A stretch of 64,000 bases of DNA, taken from Candidatus Sigynarchaeum calidifontis. Its GTDB lineage: Archaea; Asgardarchaeota; Lokiarchaeia; Sigyniarchaeales; Sigyniarchaeaceae. Of the stretch, positions 50,619 through 59,588 are shown piece by piece. Each line of letters starts with the position of its first letter. The stretch's first letter is position 1. The stretch spans positions 1-64,000 of the forward strand of contig JAUQYZ020000189.1 of the NCBI GenBank assembly GCA_030587475.2, in the 5' to 3' direction. The notes under the pieces were generated by a model, which saw nothing but the letters and a program-made list of their open reading frames with translations, was not told where the DNA came from and searched no databases. Position numbers and translations under genes: made by a program.

Positions 50619-50864
50619 TTAATCGCTGCGAACACGCTTCTTGTAGCGCTTTGTCGTTTTATGATCGAAATATTCAAGCAAGCCATTTCTTGATAGATTT
50701 TCGAGTGCCCGCGCTACGAAAGCTGTCTTGCTGCGGTTATTCGAAGGAATTCCCATCAATCGTCGCACGTACTTGGCCTCGATTATTGCCCCGTCCGGAA
50801 AATGATCCTTGATGACCTTTTCGACATCCTTCACGAACGCGGAGAAAAACCCGTCGTCAACCAT
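50619..50864 (-). CDS. Small basic winged-helix-like protein
   Basis: Helix-turn-helix followed by VARALENLSRNGLLEY and a wing; AGGGAGG upstream. Confidence 0.65.
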   Translation of the reverse strand: MVDDGFFSAFVKDVEKVIKDHFPDGAIIEAKYVRRLMGIPSNNRSKTAFVARALENLSRNGLLEYFDHKTTKRYKKRVRSD

Positions 50865-51078
50865 GTCTCCTCCCTCGCAAGATCACGTGCGATCACGGGT
50901 ATGCAATTGCTCCATTTAAAGATACACGTGAAACTGCCAGTCTTGTATACGGTTCATGTGTCATAGACACGACCTTCGATCATGGCTCTGATTTGAATAG
51001 ATCAAGCCCAGCTACTCCAAAAAGCCAACTTCGATCTCCCGACAAACGCATAAAAAAACTCCACGCCATCATTGGTTC

Positions 51079-52452
51079 ATGAGTCCCGATTACTCGTTAA
51101 AGGAAATGGTCGCCGATTTCCAGAAGGTGATCGAGATCGTCGGCCGGTACAAGCCCCGGATCGACCCTTCACGGCAAATTTCGACAGATGAATTTCTCGC
51201 CCGGCAGCACAAGGTCATCGCTGGATTGAAAGAAAGAGGATACGATGTTGGCATGGTTTTTTCTGACGAGCATTATGCGGGCGATGTTCCCTATCTTGCC
51301 GGCAACATCAACATCTCTATCGAGCAAGTTGCAGGCATCATCGGCACGACCGGCTTCCACGTGGTCGCGGGGCTCGAAGGCGGTTACGTGGTCGAGCAGC
51401 TCGCGGGTCGTTCGAGATCTATCGTGCACAAGGTCGAGATGTTGCAGCTCGCCGACGAAAAGTACCCGATCGCTGCGGAAAAGCTCGAAGATGTCATCGA
51501 GGCGGCGGCGGGAATGCCCCTTTCGAGCGTGAAAAAGATCGCCCTGCTTACCCCGCGCCAGATCATCCCCGCCAGCATCGTTTCCTACCTCGAGGGGCTG
51601 TTCGGCAGGGACGGCGTGGTCGACGAGCAAGAGATCTATTACAAGATCAAGTACATCAAGTCGGACATGGAGCTGGCCTTGGTCCGCGACGCGTCGCTCA
51701 TCGCGGATGCCATGATGCGCGCGATGCTCGCGGTCATCAAGCCCGGCATGCTGGAGACCGAGGTCGCATCGTGGGCGTATTTCACGGCATCGATGCTCGG
51801 GGCCGAGGGCATGGGTTTCAAGGTAATACTCGGGGCGGGCGAGGCGAACCGCACGCTGATCGGGCTTGCCTTGAACCGGCGGATAGAGAAGGGCGACTGG
51901 GTTCATCTTGGCGTTTCGCCGAAGCGCGACGGCCTTGCATCGTGCGTCCGCCGCTCCATCATCGTCGGGGTTTCCGAAGCGGAATGGACGGATAACCAGC
52001 GCTACTGGTTCGATTTTATCGAGGCTGCCTACAAGGTCGGGTTCGAGGCCTACGTCGACGTGGCCAAGAACAAACGGCCTGCTAAATTTCAAGAGAAGGC
52101 ACTCGTGGATTTCTTCAAGTCGCGCAGCGATGAGGTTTCCGCGCGCTACGGGAAGCATATCAAGCTCGACACATTGAAACCTTACACTGGGACGCATAAT
52201 GCGGGATATACAGAGTGCCAGGAATTCTATGGTGCCATCACGCTCGATTCAGAAGATCCGCTCGGCGAGCAGATCGTCACGATGCTCGACGTGGCCCTTC
52301 GAGGCATCGGAGATCGCTGGAACGACGTCATCATCCCAGACCTCGATTACATCGTCATCGAGAACACGCTTGGCAAGTTCGGAACCCGCGTGGAATGTTT
52401 CAACGAGCTGCCGTTGCGCGTGCAACATCTCGTCGGGAAAGGGATCGAATAA
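51079..52452 (+). CDS. M24 (pita-bread) fold protein, Xaa-Pro peptidase/creatinase-like, with a non-canonical active site
   Basis: IKSDMEL, IKPGMLETEVA, RIEKGD, THNAG and IENT motifs. Confidence 0.8.
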   Translation: MSPDYSLKEMVADFQKVIEIVGRYKPRIDPSRQISTDEFLARQHKVIAGLKERGYDVGMVFSDEHYAGDVPYLAGNINISIEQVAGIIGTTGFHVVAGLEGGYVVEQLAGRSRSIVHKVEMLQLADEKYPIAAEKLEDVIEAAAGMPLSSVKKIALLTPRQIIPASIVSYLEGLFGRDGVVDEQEIYYKIKYIKSDMELALVRDASLIADAMMRAMLAVIKPGMLETEVASWAYFTASMLGAEGMGFKVILGAGEANRTLIGLALNRRIEKGDWVHLGVSPKRDGLASCVRRSIIVGVSEAEWTDNQRYWFDFIEAAYKVGFEAYVDVAKNKRPAKFQEKALVDFFKSRSDEVSARYGKHIKLDTLKPYTGTHNAGYTECQEFYGAITLDSEDPLGEQIVTMLDVALRGIGDRWNDVIIPDLDYIVIENTLGKFGTRVECFNELPLRVQHLVGKGIE

Positions 52453-52467
52453 CTCGTTTTCACCGCT

Positions 52468-53361
52468 CTATTTTTTGCCGGTTATTTCCTCGACCAGCTT
52501 TTTGTAAGGTGCATAATCAAGCCGGGGACGCGGGTCGACGGCCATGTACAGCTCGATATACCCGCCGGTAGCCACCCGTCTCTCCTTGCGATTCTCCAGG
52601 ATGCCCTTGATGATGGCTTGCTGCGACGCGAACGATTGCAACGCCTCCTGTACCCGACGTTCATCGCTTTCGCTGGCGACGATCGCAAGGTTTGCTGGCA
52701 TAGCCGGCCGGCCCGCAATCACAGCGCCGCGCCGGATTGATTCGACCGGGTCGAAGGTCCCCCAAACCGAGTATTCCATGAACGACGATATGGCCCAGGG
52801 TTCTGCCCAATCGACCACGACGGGGTCGCCCGCTTGCGGGCCATAGTAGAACCCGGACGCAGCGACGGCGGTGTGGTCGATGTGCTCGCGAAAATCGTTC
52901 GCGAAGAGGAGCCTCGTAGCCCTGGTTTTTCGCAAGAAAACCAGCAACCGCTCGAATGTTCCAAGCGGCGGTTCATCACCATCGCCAGTCGGCTTGCGAT
53001 GGCCGACGTACGCGTTCCCGCTGAAATCGGGTAGTTCGAGCCGGAGCAAATATTCCGGGGAGATGCCGAGGACCCGGTAAGCCGCTTCCGTCTCGCGCTT
53101 TCGCGTTCCCACGATCGTCGATTTTTCCGACTCAGTGCTGTAACCAGCATCTCCTCTATGGAATATCACGATGCGAACACGTGCTCCTTGAGCAAGTGAA
53201 GCGAGAATGGCATATCCTGCCCCGAGGATCGCATCATCATCGTGTGGCGAGAGGATGACAACCGTTTCTTCTTTAGGCGAACGCCAGTTCGGGAAAAACT
53301 CGCTGATACCTGCCAGCTCTCGCCTCGCATCGAGGTCGAAAAAGCGGAAATCGAGGCTCAT
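52468..53361 (-). CDS. PIG-L/LmbE family de-N-acetylase
   Basis: SPHDDDA and HIDH zinc motifs, RKRETEAAY..LG, SFASQ. Confidence 0.9.
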   Translation of the reverse strand: MSLDFRFFDLDARRELAGISEFFPNWRSPKEETVVILSPHDDDAILGAGYAILASLAQGARVRIVIFHRGDAGYSTESEKSTIVGTRKRETEAAYRVLGISPEYLLRLELPDFSGNAYVGHRKPTGDGDEPPLGTFERLLVFLRKTRATRLLFANDFREHIDHTAVAASGFYYGPQAGDPVVVDWAEPWAISSFMEYSVWGTFDPVESIRRGAVIAGRPAMPANLAIVASESDERRVQEALQSFASQQAIIKGILENRKERRVATGGYIELYMAVDPRPRLDYAPYKKLVEEITGKK

Positions 53362-53397
53362 GACGGATACATCCAGCCAGGTCGCGTTTAACTCTTT

Positions 53398-54717
53398 TCA
53401 CGGGTTGCTTTTTCGCCTCGCCGACGCCCGGGCACTCGCGAGGAACAGCGGCAAGCAGAAAGTGGCAACGATCACGGCGTTGATCGCATAATTTAGGCCT
53501 GGATCGATTGCTATCAACGCGCCGGCAACCAACGGTGCCACGCCGAACCCGATACCGTTGTAAAACTCGTAAAACGTGGCGTATTTGAGCGAGTTCTCCA
53601 CGGCACCGTACTCCAGCATGATCATCGACGTGAAGGTATAAAGCCAGCCGGACAAGATGCCATTGACCACGAACGCGATGGTGAGCAAGGCCGGGCTCCC
53701 GGCCAGCCACAAGCAGGCCAGGAATGCCACGTTCGCGACCATGGCGATTATCCAAGCCACATGCCCTGACTTAACCCCTTTTCGGCTCCAGATCATGATG
53801 GTCACGGTCTGCAGCCCTTGGTGAGCGAACGTCACGAGGTACACGATGTACGAGGGGATACCTGCCTCGTTCAGCACGATCGGGAGGACGAAGGGATAAA
53901 AGGCCTTGATATAGGCGTAGACCAGCGTGCCCACGAGGTAGAACGCCGCGGAGAAGGACAAGAGGTAGGGCGAGTTGCCGGTCATGAGCCGCCGTGAAGT
54001 GCTTTTCACTTCCAGGTTCCTGGTCGTGGTTTCGGGCACGGTTGGCTGTCGCGCCGTGCTTTCCGTCGCGACGAGGACGGTGCCGCGCACGGCGATGCCT
54101 ATGCCCGGTCGTTCCATGGCCAGGGCACACGGCAGCATGGATATCATGATCCCCCACGAGATGATCAAGGCGAGATATTCGTTTCCAGCAGCCAGGAACA
54201 CGATGAAATACCCGCCGATATCCCCGATGATGATGCCCAGGTTCCAGCTCATGCCGTACACCTGGAAAAACGAGCCACAGGTTTTCCCTGGGACGGCGCG
54301 CTGCCAGCGCGAGAGCTCCATCTGGAGATTAGGCCAGAAGAACCCGAGGAGGAAACCATCCACGGCTCGGAGGATCACGAGCACGACGGGATCGAACAAG
54401 ACGAGCTGGCACGAGACGAGCAAGATCGAGGCCACGACCGACATCAAGACGCCATTGCGGGCGCCGATGAAGCGGGTGACGGGCATGGCGACCAGCGGGC
54501 CGGCGATGTATGCGATGGAATAGATAGAAATGATAACGCCGAGCATCCCCGCGGGAACGTGGAGGAAGTAGATCAAGAAGTTCGGGAGGGCCAGGCCATA
54601 GATGGTATAAGACAGCGTGCGGGTGAACGCCGCGGTGTAAACTGGCCAGAGCCGGTAGCGCCGGGATCCCGCGAGCTCGGTGGTCGAGGGGGGTCGTTGG
54701 AATGGCGGGTCGGGCAT
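53398..54717 (-). CDS. MFS transporter
   Basis: 12 TM segments in two halves; LRAVDG and GFGVAPLVAG; start placed at MPDPP. Confidence 0.85.
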   Translation of the reverse strand: MPDPPFQRPPSTTELAGSRRYRLWPVYTAAFTRTLSYTIYGLALPNFLIYFLHVPAGMLGVIISIYSIAYIAGPLVAMPVTRFIGARNGVLMSVVASILLVSCQLVLFDPVVLVILRAVDGFLLGFFWPNLQMELSRWQRAVPGKTCGSFFQVYGMSWNLGIIIGDIGGYFIVFLAAGNEYLALIISWGIMISMLPCALAMERPGIGIAVRGTVLVATESTARQPTVPETTTRNLEVKSTSRRLMTGNSPYLLSFSAAFYLVGTLVYAYIKAFYPFVLPIVLNEAGIPSYIVYLVTFAHQGLQTVTIMIWSRKGVKSGHVAWIIAMVANVAFLACLWLAGSPALLTIAFVVNGILSGWLYTFTSMIMLEYGAVENSLKYATFYEFYNGIGFGVAPLVAGALIAIDPGLNYAINAVIVATFCLPLFLASARASARRKSNP

Positions 54718-54836
54718 ACGGGGATTGAGGTTATCAAGCCCCCCGCACCGATAAAGGTTGGTAAATCCCCCGTTGCTTGCGGGCACGTGGCCTGGGCAAT
54801 GCCCTTTTCTCCCGCGAACCATGGACGTTCCACGCC

Positions 54837-55349
54837 ATGGCGACGGAGTTCGTCCGCGCGACGCGGGATATGATGGTGCACGTGCAAGACATCATCAACA
54901 GCAATTATCACCTCTACGAGGGAATCGTCGACCCGCGTGACGCGGGTGAGCACTGGGTTGACGGCGCGTGGGCGGAACGGAACTTTGCAACCCGAGAGTT
55001 CTACTTGTTGCGCGAGGTTGGCACCACCAATTACATTGGATTCGGTTCGTTCCAAGTACTCGGGGATTTTGCATACGTGGGCTATTTGTACGTGCGATAC
55101 GGTCACCATCAACACGGTTACGGCAAGAAAATCATCTCGTTCCTGGAACGGCGAGCGCTCGATGCCGGCGTCCACGATTTACGATTGTTCGTCAACGAGA
55201 AGGCAACCTGGGCGCGAAAATTCTACGGGAAGATGGGCTTCACGGTTTTCTTGTCCCGGAAAGAGGATATCCTGCAATTCAATGGCGGGATCATGGCGCC
55301 GTTCTACGAGGAGGGTTCCTTGTTCATGCGCAAGGCGCTAGGCGCGTAG
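54837..55349 (+). CDS. GNAT acetyltransferase
   Basis: HQHGYGK motif A; ARKFYGKMGF motif B. Confidence 0.85.
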   Translation: MATEFVRATRDMMVHVQDIINSNYHLYEGIVDPRDAGEHWVDGAWAERNFATREFYLLREVGTTNYIGFGSFQVLGDFAYVGYLYVRYGHHQHGYGKKIISFLERRALDAGVHDLRLFVNEKATWARKFYGKMGFTVFLSRKEDILQFNGGIMAPFYEEGSLFMRKALGA

Positions 55350-55413
55350 CGGGGTACAGACCTTTTCGGGTGCACGACAGAAGAAAATGAGGGCAATAAA
55401 ATGAGAGTCGAGT

Positions 55414-56064
55414 TCACGGCGTGGGAGTGCTTTCGGTCTCGGTTGTCGTGGCGACTTGCTCCCCGCTCTTAAGTTTTTGATAGTGCCGCAATACGCATTC
55501 GCGGGCCGCGAAGACAAAGGCGCGCTTGACATTGGTCCCAGTGATGGCGACCGTCTCGAAGATGACCGTGTTCGGCATCTTCGCCGCTTTTAGCACGTCC
55601 TTGATCTTCTCGATCGGCGTCACGTTCGGCAGGTCGCGCTTGTTGGCGCACACGATCAAGGGCACCTCGGGCGGGGTCTTGCCACCGTCGGGGCTGAGCA
55701 CCTTGGAACCATACATCTGGAGCAATTCCTTGAAAGAATATATATTTTCGTTCCACTGGGTCTTGTCCGAGTCCCAAAAGAACACCAGGGCGTCGGTACC
55801 CTTGAGCACGGTCTGGCGCTGGAACTTGTGCCGCCGCTGGCCCGCGACCGTGTACACCTGGAACACGACGTTGCTCACCTTGGCGACGAGCCGGTCGAAG
55901 AATAGCGTGCGGCCTGTCGGGTCGGATATGCTCTGGAGCTGCCCGGAAGCCAGGCCTTCCCGTTCATACACCCAGGCCAATGCAGTCGTTTTTCCGCCCA
56001 TGCTGGGCCCCCAGAACACGAGTTTAAAGACCAGCGTTCCATCGGCTCTTCTACTTGGACACAT
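55414..56064 (-). CDS. mglA: MglA-like small GTPase (Ras-like superfamily)
   Basis: G1 GPSMGGKT, intrinsic Arg in GRTLFFD, G3 YTVAGQ, G4 NKRD, G5 TVA. Confidence 0.88.
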   Translation of the reverse strand: MCPSRRADGTLVFKLVFWGPSMGGKTTALAWVYEREGLASGQLQSISDPTGRTLFFDRLVAKVSNVVFQVYTVAGQRRHKFQRQTVLKGTDALVFFWDSDKTQWNENIYSFKELLQMYGSKVLSPDGGKTPPEVPLIVCANKRDLPNVTPIEKIKDVLKAAKMPNTVIFETVAITGTNVKRAFVFAARECVLRHYQKLKSGEQVATTTETESTPTP

Positions 56065-56544
56065 TGCGTGAATCACGTGGTATTTTTGTCATTGATCGTG
56101 AAATACGTGAACCTTTAACAGGATCACGACCATTACTTCCGCAGACAACCGAACCGGCTCGCGCGGCCCATCGCGCCCGCAGCACGACCCGTGGGAGTGC
56201 GTGGGCATTCCCGCGCGCTTCTCGATTAAACTATCCGCGATGTTGCTATTTATAGCTACGAGTAGGTCATGGGTTTTAAAAATGTTATCTTGCGCCACGA
56301 TAACCCCGGTTTTCAGTGGCGAGCGCCTTCGAGCGCGTGCCCGGCGATGATCCCATCACGTGCCTGGCCCGCCGTGCCCGTGTCAGGCTTGACGATTGCA
56401 TGACCGACAAATCTCCCCTCGCATCGTATTGCCATCTATCGGGAGCCATGGCATAAAATATCATGGATCCCGGACTTCCAAGAGGGTCTCGATCGAAATG
56501 TGCATGAATGCAATGGGAATACCCTGGTAGATAATTTTCCCCTT

Positions 56545-56979
56545 TTACTTGCGTTGCTTGTCGACGATTTTCTCGATGGCCTTTGCTGCGAACGCTAAAT
56601 CCGCCTTCGATGACGCCGTGACGAGCACGACCACCATTCCCGTGTCTCCCGACCTCGCACCCGCAAGCAGCACGTGTACCCGCTCCTTCTGGAAGACGAG
56701 CACGGGCACGCCGCTATTCGATGGCTCCTTGGATAGCAAGTACCACGTGTCTCCTAATAACTGCACGGCGAGGTCTTGCATGGTTCTCCGGTAGTCCAGC
56801 AAGGATCCAGCCAAAACATGCCACGTCTCTACCGCGAGGACGTGATCCGTGCAATCGTATTCGATCGTCCGCTTGAGCACGCTCTCGAGCAACGCCCTTG
56901 ACAGCGGTAAAAACTATATCTCCTTGATCTCTGGCGCTATGTTATTTGCCATGGCGATTCGACGTTCTTGGTTTTCCAT
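56545..56979 (-). pseudogene. Profilin/roadblock-like small protein with an in-frame TAG at codon 22 (or a shorter CDS from 56892)
   Basis: ATG 56979 MENQERRIAMANNIAPEIKEI*FLPLSRALLES is in frame with ORF 56545-56892; strand-rich core and an amphipathic C-terminal helix. Confidence 0.45.
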
Positions 56980-57239
56980 GGGTTCCCTTTGCCATGACGA
57001 GCACGTGCATGACTCGACCCGACGCGCCCAGCAAGGTTGCCCGGGTATCCCGTCGTGTTGCCACCTTAAATAATCCGCGCGTATCCTATCCCTCTCGACC
57101 TGGCGCCCGGAACCAGCACCAGACTTGAGCCAGTGCCAGCCTCCAAGTTTTTAAGCCAGATCGCCCGTGACTACATAAGCCGGCGCGCTCCGAAACGAGA
57201 CCCGTGCGCGCTCGAGACCCTTCTCGTGTCCGGGGTTTG

Positions 57240-58907
57240 ATGTCGATGCAGCAGAGTAGCAACAACGCGACCTCGTTGGAACCGTGGCTTTCACGAACCT
57301 ATGTACGGTTTTTGCAAGCCTTACAAGCGTTGCAGGAACATGCTGGCAAGGCAAGCACTAGCGAGAAGGGGCGAGGGAGCGAGTTCATCAATATGTCTCC
57401 TTTCTTGTCCTTGGATATCGACGCGCGTTTTCTCGAATCCGCCACGAAAAAATACGCCCTCGATCTTGCCGGCGCGTTGTACCGCATGTTGGATCTCGTG
57501 ATCGACGTGCCGGCGAAGCGTTTACTCGCGGCGAGCGTGATCGTTCAAGACACGGGAAAACCTGCGAGCGTTATCAACATCGACGTGAGTTCGATCCAGG
57601 ATCGAGTAGCGGCGATTCTTGGAAAACAGGCCTCCGTTGCAGATCTTGACGAATCGGCTCTTAACAGCTTGTTCAAGTTAGCATGTTCCATGACACTTCC
57701 AAACGGAAAGGCGATGCCGCCAATCGACATCATCAAGGTCATTGATGCGAAGCTGTTCGAGCAGCTCATGGCGATCGACGAGATGGAATCCCCGCCCTCT
57801 AGCGTCGAATCCATGGCGCGAAGGCTCGCCGCGCTGCTTGCCGCGTGCCGCGATGGCCTCGTGCGGTTCTATCCCATCAAGGACAAGCTCGCCTCATTCG
57901 CATGCAAGGTCGGATCTGCCATCCAAGGCCGGTTGCTCGAGGATATCGCCGGCATGGCTAGCACGTTCTTGCCATCAGGGTCGGCTGCCATCGTGGTTCA
58001 CACGGGCGAGGCGATGGCTATGTTCCGCGTGAAGCGTTCAATGCGTGGCGAGGCCAGCATTGCCGCGTTGTCCATCGCCGGCATCGACGGCTTCTTGCCG
58101 GTTGTTCCGGACATCCTCGATGCCCTTGCTGACAAGATTCGCCGCGATGCAGGCGTTGACGTGGTTTTATTCTTTTCGCTGGACGAAATCATCGACATCA
58201 TCACGATGACGATCGATGGCATCATTGCCAGGGAGCACGACAAGAATGGTCCAGGGCTCGCGCGCGCGATCTCGGAATCGATCGGCCTTTACGCGCGCAC
58301 CTTCAAGCTCACGTGGTACTCGCGACCCCGGGCGATGCTCACCAAGTTATTCCCCCGCTTTCTCCTCCGGTTCGCCAAGATCCGCCTCGACTTGCCTCGA
58401 TTTCTCCACGACCGCGCGGCGATGGCTGTCGTGTCTGCGTTCCTCGATAATTTCGGAAAAGATTTTTCGATGGTTGCATGCCTTCCTGTCCGGCAGCATG
58501 GGCAGCGTACCATCAAGGCGATCGAGATCACGGTCAAGAATCTCGTTCCCGTGCGGTTTTCTTCTGTCGATCCGGCCACGTTTGCTGGAATCCGGCCAGA
58601 CATGATTGACGCGAGCGATGTTGCACGAACGGTGCATTTACGGCTCGGAACGACGTCGCCCGTGCCCGTTTTAAGGTACGTGCTGGTGATCGCGCCGAAG
58701 ATCGCTGAAACCATCGCGTCTGCATGGAAAACGATGTTCCGCCGCGTCGCGTGGAACCCGTTCGCGCTGCTCGACGTGCTCAAGCGCTGCCGTGATCCAC
58801 GAGCGTTCGGATTACACCCGATGCCCCGTCAGATCGGCGACATGCTCAAGTCGAAGCCCAAGGACGTCGTGCGGCGGCTCTCGAATGCTTATATCTTGAA
58901 ATATTGA
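57240..58907 (+). CDS. Hypothetical protein (about 555 aa, soluble)
   Basis: Long ORF filling the gap between neighbours; no recognisable motif. Confidence 0.7.
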   Translation: MSMQQSSNNATSLEPWLSRTYVRFLQALQALQEHAGKASTSEKGRGSEFINMSPFLSLDIDARFLESATKKYALDLAGALYRMLDLVIDVPAKRLLAASVIVQDTGKPASVINIDVSSIQDRVAAILGKQASVADLDESALNSLFKLACSMTLPNGKAMPPIDIIKVIDAKLFEQLMAIDEMESPPSSVESMARRLAALLAACRDGLVRFYPIKDKLASFACKVGSAIQGRLLEDIAGMASTFLPSGSAAIVVHTGEAMAMFRVKRSMRGEASIAALSIAGIDGFLPVVPDILDALADKIRRDAGVDVVLFFSLDEIIDIITMTIDGIIAREHDKNGPGLARAISESIGLYARTFKLTWYSRPRAMLTKLFPRFLLRFAKIRLDLPRFLHDRAAMAVVSAFLDNFGKDFSMVACLPVRQHGQRTIKAIEITVKNLVPVRFSSVDPATFAGIRPDMIDASDVARTVHLRLGTTSPVPVLRYVLVIAPKIAETIASAWKTMFRRVAWNPFALLDVLKRCRDPRAFGLHPMPRQIGDMLKSKPKDVVRRLSNAYILKY

Positions 58908-58912
58908 CCTGC

Positions 58913-59356
58913 TTAGAGATCTTTCCGTAGCTGGATGGCGAACTCGGTAAAGCCCATTTTCATAAAAAATTTCGTGGCTGAATCCGTGGTCGCACGAAGG
59001 TTTGCTTTAACGACGGGCACGTGGTTCTCCCGCAAGAAGTCCATCGCCGCTATGATCAGCCGCTCGCCAACGCCCTTGTTGCGGAATTCCGGTGCGACCA
59101 CGAGATTCGTGATATATCCGACTCGCTCTGGCGACATGCGGATTTCGGTGACGAGCATGCCGATGGCCCGCCCGTCCTTATCCGCGACGAACATCCGAGC
59201 ATTATCAGAATGCTTGAACTTTTCCTCGAGCGATCTCCGCCATCTTGCCTCGTCAAATTCCACGTGATAAACGTTGCACAGTTCCTTCATGAGCGTGGTA
59301 ACGTACAGCTTGTCTTGCTCGCTATAGGTGCGAATGCGGATATCCTCGTCGTTCAT
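58913..59356 (-). CDS. GNAT acetyltransferase
   Basis: LVVAPEFRNKGVG motif A; ATKFFMKMGF. Confidence 0.9.
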   Translation of the reverse strand: MNDEDIRIRTYSEQDKLYVTTLMKELCNVYHVEFDEARWRRSLEEKFKHSDNARMFVADKDGRAIGMLVTEIRMSPERVGYITNLVVAPEFRNKGVGERLIIAAMDFLRENHVPVVKANLRATTDSATKFFMKMGFTEFAIQLRKDL

Positions 59357-59473
59357 CGCGGGTCGCGGGGGCATGATGCTGTCAAATTGGAAAGGATGCT
59401 TCATGACATGTTATGAAGGCTTAAAACAGAATCGGATCATCGTCATCCAGCCATGCCCGGCTTGGCGAAGTGC

Positions 59474-59530
59474 TATTTATAAAGCTTCGAGTGACTTTAT
59501 ATAGAAGTCCTAATCGATAAATTTTTTTTA
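59474..59530. promoter_or_regulatory. AT-rich divergent promoter region with TATA-like boxes upstream of the thermosome
   Basis: TATTTATAAA and TTTATATA elements between the divergent GNAT and thermosome genes. Confidence 0.45.
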
Positions 59531-59588
59531 CCCGCGATCATTTAATCGTTCAATACCAATCGACACCACGAATCAAGGTAGAAAAAAC

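Noticed and set aside
56065-56544. Short ORFs or an ncRNA in the 480-bp gap upstream of the GTPase
   Set aside because: The 66-69-aa ORFs lack protein-like features and no convincing RNA structure was recognised
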